Origin: Lingula anatina
Taxonomy: Eukaryota; Animalia; Brachiopoda
Assembly: GCA_051362555.1 (NCBI GenBank)
Contig: CM120646.1
Location: 1,488,001 to 1,552,000 of the forward strand
DNA length: 64,000 nt
Direction: 5' to 3'
Shown: piece after piece, positions 60,103 to 64,000 of the stretch
Layout of the letters: each line of letters begins with the position of its first letter
Numbering within the stretch: position 1 is the first letter of the stretch
Position numbers and translations under genes: made by a program
Notes under the pieces: generated by a model
The model's input: only the letters and a program-made list of their open reading frames with translations
Database searches by the model: none
Told to the model about the DNA's origin: nothing

Positions 60103-62796
60103 TTATACAGAACAGAACTATAATCACCATGACCAAACTTTTCATGTCCTAAGATATCTAAACAGAACAACTTAAACAAAGATATACCTGATCTAAGTTT
60201 CCATAATATGCAGCTTACACTTGAAATACTGTAGTACCTTCAAAAATATCTACATTAAAGTTAACAAATCTGCAATTACACTGAACACATCTCATCTGCA
60301 TCATTTAACCAAATGCAAAATAACATGCTACACCCACTGGTAATATCACATGCAAGATTTTTAATCTAATCACACCTACGTTAAAGAGAATTCATGCTGC
60401 TGTTATCCTTTCGCTGTCTAAGTAAGCCTTCTTCCAAATCAATTAGAGGTATTCACATTAAGTTTAACTTAAATCCACAAAGAGGGATCATAAGTCACCA
60501 GCACCAGCAGCATGGATTAACATTAATAACAGACATGAGGCTAGGTTTTAAGAAAACCCTCTGAACGTTTATCATTTAGCGTTTTATTGCAGATCTTGAC
60601 GAATCTTAGGAACCATCAGAACTGAATTAAAAAAGCGGAATTCCGTGTTTCCGAGGAAAAAGCTCATGTCTGATATATACTGTACATGGAGCAGATCTGG
60701 CAGACACAAGGTAACATGATCAAGTTTCTGATGACACAGGATGTCACATTGGGGACCTGTTGTTCTAGGTGGCAAAGGAGAGGTCAGTTAGTTCCAAGTG
60801 CACTTGATAAAATAGATACTGCTCTACAGCTCAAATCAAGACCACACATATCTAAAAATATCTAAAACAACAAATCCTGCTGCATCAAACCATACAATAT
60901 GATGCTGAGGACAGGTTTTTAATTGAATCTGATGTGAACTGGACTCTAACCATAATTTCATGTGGACCAGCTGCTCAGCAAGAGCCGTTTGCCAACACTC
61001 TGGTTATTTCACGCCCACATACCCGAAACACTGTATTTTCAGAAACATGATCTTTCTAACTTGATATTTAATGCAATTGGAAAATCCATCCCCACCATAG
61101 CAGACCAGTATAGTAATTTCTCCATCTTTTCAGTGGGCAAAAAATCAAACTTTCAGACATGTAATTTTAGAATCACAAAATTTATATTTCTATATGGCAT
61201 TTCTGGTGCTTCTACTACACAGAATAGAACTAGAGTAGCCTGCTTTTTAACTATATTGCTACCACTCAAAAGGAGTGTTCTAATTTTAAGAAATTATGAC
61301 TTCAAAATAAAGTATGTAAAATTTGTAAAATGAACAATTTTTCCCCAATGAAAAGATCGAGTAATTACCATAAGTAGGCATTTGCTTATCTGGCATCCGC
61401 ATTTACAATGGACACTGGAAGCTTCTCCCTCTACCATATCAATATGCCTCTGCCGTTTCCAGTAAAAACATGAAACCCAGGGCGCCTGGTTAGAGGTTGT
61501 ACTCGTAACATCTTCAAAAGACTTGTATCGTTTTCTTCAGAAATGCCAGAGGGGCTCATCTTGCATGCTTGCCTTACATAGAAATTCTTTACCTGGATGC
61601 CTTTCACTACTTCTACTACACGTACTACTGCATCTCCCTTAACATTTATACTCGCTACTGTAGCACTTATCTCTCGCAACATCCAATTTTGTACACAGAG
61701 CATGGCATTCATCTAGTCGGTGCCGGTTTGCTCGAGGCAAGATAACTGATTTCTAGTACATTATATAATCAACTGTAAAACTGACACAATCGAAGATCAC
61801 CGTTTGTGAACATTTAAAGGATACATGGCAAGCTCTCCCAAAGGACAGCCATAGCTGTATATCTTTTTGTTCATCTTTTTTTTCTCAATAGCAAAAATTG
61901 CGTACTGTATATTACTTTTTTTCACATCATTCACAGAGCATACAGGAATACAATGAATCATGTTGGAGACAGATTCAGCATTGATACATGTAGTGTTACT
62001 CAAGTTCTTTACTTGAAAATTAATCAAAGGAGTTTGTGTGGGTAAATATAATAAATAACATCTGATTTGAAGGGGAAATTTTCAATATGGAGAGACAAAT
62101 CAAATTATAAGAGAAATGCTTCCTGTTTTACCTTTACTTTGAGTCATGCAGCTGAATCCTTTCATTAATGATATAACCTCTGCCTATAATGAGGGCTTGG
62201 CTAGACATATCTGTATCAGCAGTTTCATTTTCTGCTAGATTTATTGCGTGATTATATCTGTCACAAGAGAACTTAAAAATGCCAGAGTGATTAGTTTGAA
62301 TCTCAGCTGTCTGACGGGATGTTGTGAACTAGACAGCATTCAGTTTTCATAATGAGATCAATATATTATATGATATTTGATATGAGGGACGATATTTCAG
62401 CTGCCACTACTACTCCTCTCTCTCTCTCTCTCTCTCTCATGCCCTCTCAGTCAAACACACACACACACACACACACTGTATTCTGCCTTTCTTTCTCTCT
62501 CCAGAACATTCTACTTGCAAGTAAACCCCCACCAAAAAAAAAAAAAAAAATCTTTTGGATACAAATTTTGTCTCACCTGTAAAGTAGTGTAATTGTAACA
62601 AAATCAAAATCATGAAGCTTTTTTTTTCAAAAAACTCATTACGTACTCAAATATATTGATCGCTCTTTTCAAGTTTACAGCCATGGGCATATGAACTTGA
62701 TGACATAATTTTATGGTGGCAGTATTATTTATTACACATACTGCAACCCATCAGCATCAGCACTGGGAAGTCTCAGCTTGATCAACTCAAATCTAT

Positions 62797-63021
62797 CACC
62801 CCATTTCCATAGATTTTTAGATCGATCTATTCCTATGGGGAGTCTCACTAGATTACTGTCAGCTTGGCGGGCTTAAGCGTCTGTCCTGCCTACTAAAAGC
62901 TGTAAGGGGGTAATTAACTATGGTGCCCGCTCGGCTGACTGCAATTTAGCGTGAACCCCCAGGGAGTTATGTCGATCTAAAACTTATCTTTAGATCGATC
63001 AAAATCTCTGGGAAAGCACCC
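62797..63021. mobile_element. Hairpin MITE, subfamily 2, TAT TSD
   Basis: TAT|CACCCCATTTCCA...TGGGAAAGCACCC|TAT; same orientation as 34447-34656. Confidence 0.85.
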
Positions 63022-63254
63022 TATGACATCCCTCAGCATGCCTCTTTACTACACATAAGCCACACTCAGAATAGCTGATTAACTAGTCCACGGATTAAAT
63101 ATGGTGACCCACCTATAAGCTTACCATCTAATCCCCTAATAGACACTGATTGGATTCCCTGTGGGTATTATGAAACAAATAAATATTCAAGCACTGAAAC
63201 AAACCAAATTTCCAAACTCAAAGCTGAAACCATATCCCTTGACAAGGAGTGCTG

Positions 63255-63256
<2 letters not shown>

Positions 63257-63323
<67 letters not shown>
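63257..63323. repeat. (AT)n microsatellite
   Basis: Seen directly. Confidence 0.95.
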
Positions 63324-63329
<6 letters not shown>

Positions 63330-63494
63330 TTTTATCTGCCTTAGCTTATACTTAGGACCAAATCTATACATTTTCACCAGTACATGCCAGTGCATAAGGC
63401 CCCATTCACAACCAAAGTTGACCCATGGACTAACTGATCCACAGATCAAATATGGCTGACCCTTCTGAAAGCTTGCTGCATAATCCCTGCAGGG

Positions 63495-63565
63495 AATCTG
63501 TTCAGTGTCTGTAGGGGGTAATGCAGCAATCTGTTCAGTGTCTATAGGGGGCAATGCAGCAATCT
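63495..63565. repeat. 33-bp tandem repeat (~2.2 copies)
   Basis: aatctgttcagtgtctRtagggggYaatgcagc at 63495 and 63528. Confidence 0.85.
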
Positions 63566-63582
63566 TTCAAGTAGATCTGTTA

Positions 63583-63614
63583 GGGTGCATTCCCAGAGAT
63601 TTAGATTGATCTAG
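63583..63614. mobile_element. Terminal fragment of hairpin MITE subfamily 2
   Basis: TTA|GGGTGCATTCCCAGAGATTTAGAT is identical to the start of the 20641 copy. Confidence 0.7.
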
Positions 63615-63622
63615 TGTTTTGT

Positions 63623-63850
63623 ACCCCGTTCACACTACGCTCAGTTATCCGGATAAGTTGCGAATTAGGTCACAATTCGAATAAATGCAGTAGTGTGAAC
63701 GCAAGAGGATTTTGAAAATGCTCATTTTCAAAATCCTGCAAGCGAGGTGGATTTCTAAGCGCGATCCGGATAACTTACCGGAATCGACACCTGAACAGAA
63801 CTTACTGCGCATGTGTGCAGATAAGTGCAGGTATCTATGAACGCTGGTTT
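63623..63850. mobile_element. Left end of a Harbinger-like non-autonomous DNA transposon
   Basis: CCCCGTTCACACT terminus, internal inverted copy (agtgtgaacg), perfect 15-bp hairpin 63706-63737, repeated (A)TCCGGA(T) motifs. Right end not found. Confidence 0.55.
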
Positions 63851-64000
63851 ATTACTTTAGCGATTGCACCAAACGTATTTGGAGGTCACCACTCACTACA
63901 ACATTAGGAAACAAACTTATTTTGCCACCTCATACTTCTCAAGAATGCTGGAATGTCTTTTGAGTTGCATTTGTCGCCACAATTTTTTGTTGATATTTTA

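Noticed and set aside
63168-63554. 128-aa ORF with IY run and 11-aa repeat
   Set aside because: Made of the (AT)n microsatellite and the 33-bp tandem repeat.
1-64000. CRISPR array, operon, prokaryotic defence or retron system
   Set aside because: Spliceosomal gene structure throughout, no repeat-spacer arrays, and the RT is a standard non-LTR APE-RT.

Overview
AT-rich, intron-rich animal DNA. The repeat landscape suggests a marine invertebrate; the species cannot be determined from the sequence. Four host genes can be reconstructed by hand. (1) A 10-exon secreted protease-inhibitor gene (+, CDS 3972-9012, 351 aa): signal peptide-[6-Cys module-linker-Kunitz]x2-TIL-tail. (2, 3) Two intact, divergently transcribed paralogs of an SLC6 Na+/Cl- amino-acid (GlyT/PROT-like) transporter (copy A -, CDS 17878-10848, 647 aa; copy B +, CDS 40463-49449, 649 aa). 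They are the arms of a ~40-kb diverged inverted duplication (~9.95-29.9 kb vs ~31.7-50.3 kb) that also covers promoters, upstream conserved blocks and 3' UTRs. (4) A PAQR5/mPR-gamma-like gene with a single-exon CDS (-, 59801-58800). Mobile DNA includes a 5'-truncated RTEX-like LINE (52886-57010) whose ORF is broken only by an 885-bp Helentron-type (HINE/DINE-like) element carrying a 159-bp tandem array. There are also about 11 hairpin MITEs with TWA target duplications, a CCGGTGT-ended MITE family, a MetaSINE-like element, and a small Penelope-like insertion near the axis of the inverted duplication. Most interesting: the SLC6 twins show patchy homogenisation (gene-conversion-like) yet differ Phe vs Ser at the substrate-pocket residue equivalent to LeuT F259. 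No prokaryotic systems, CRISPR arrays, tRNA or rRNA genes were seen. All gene models are manual predictions without transcript evidence.
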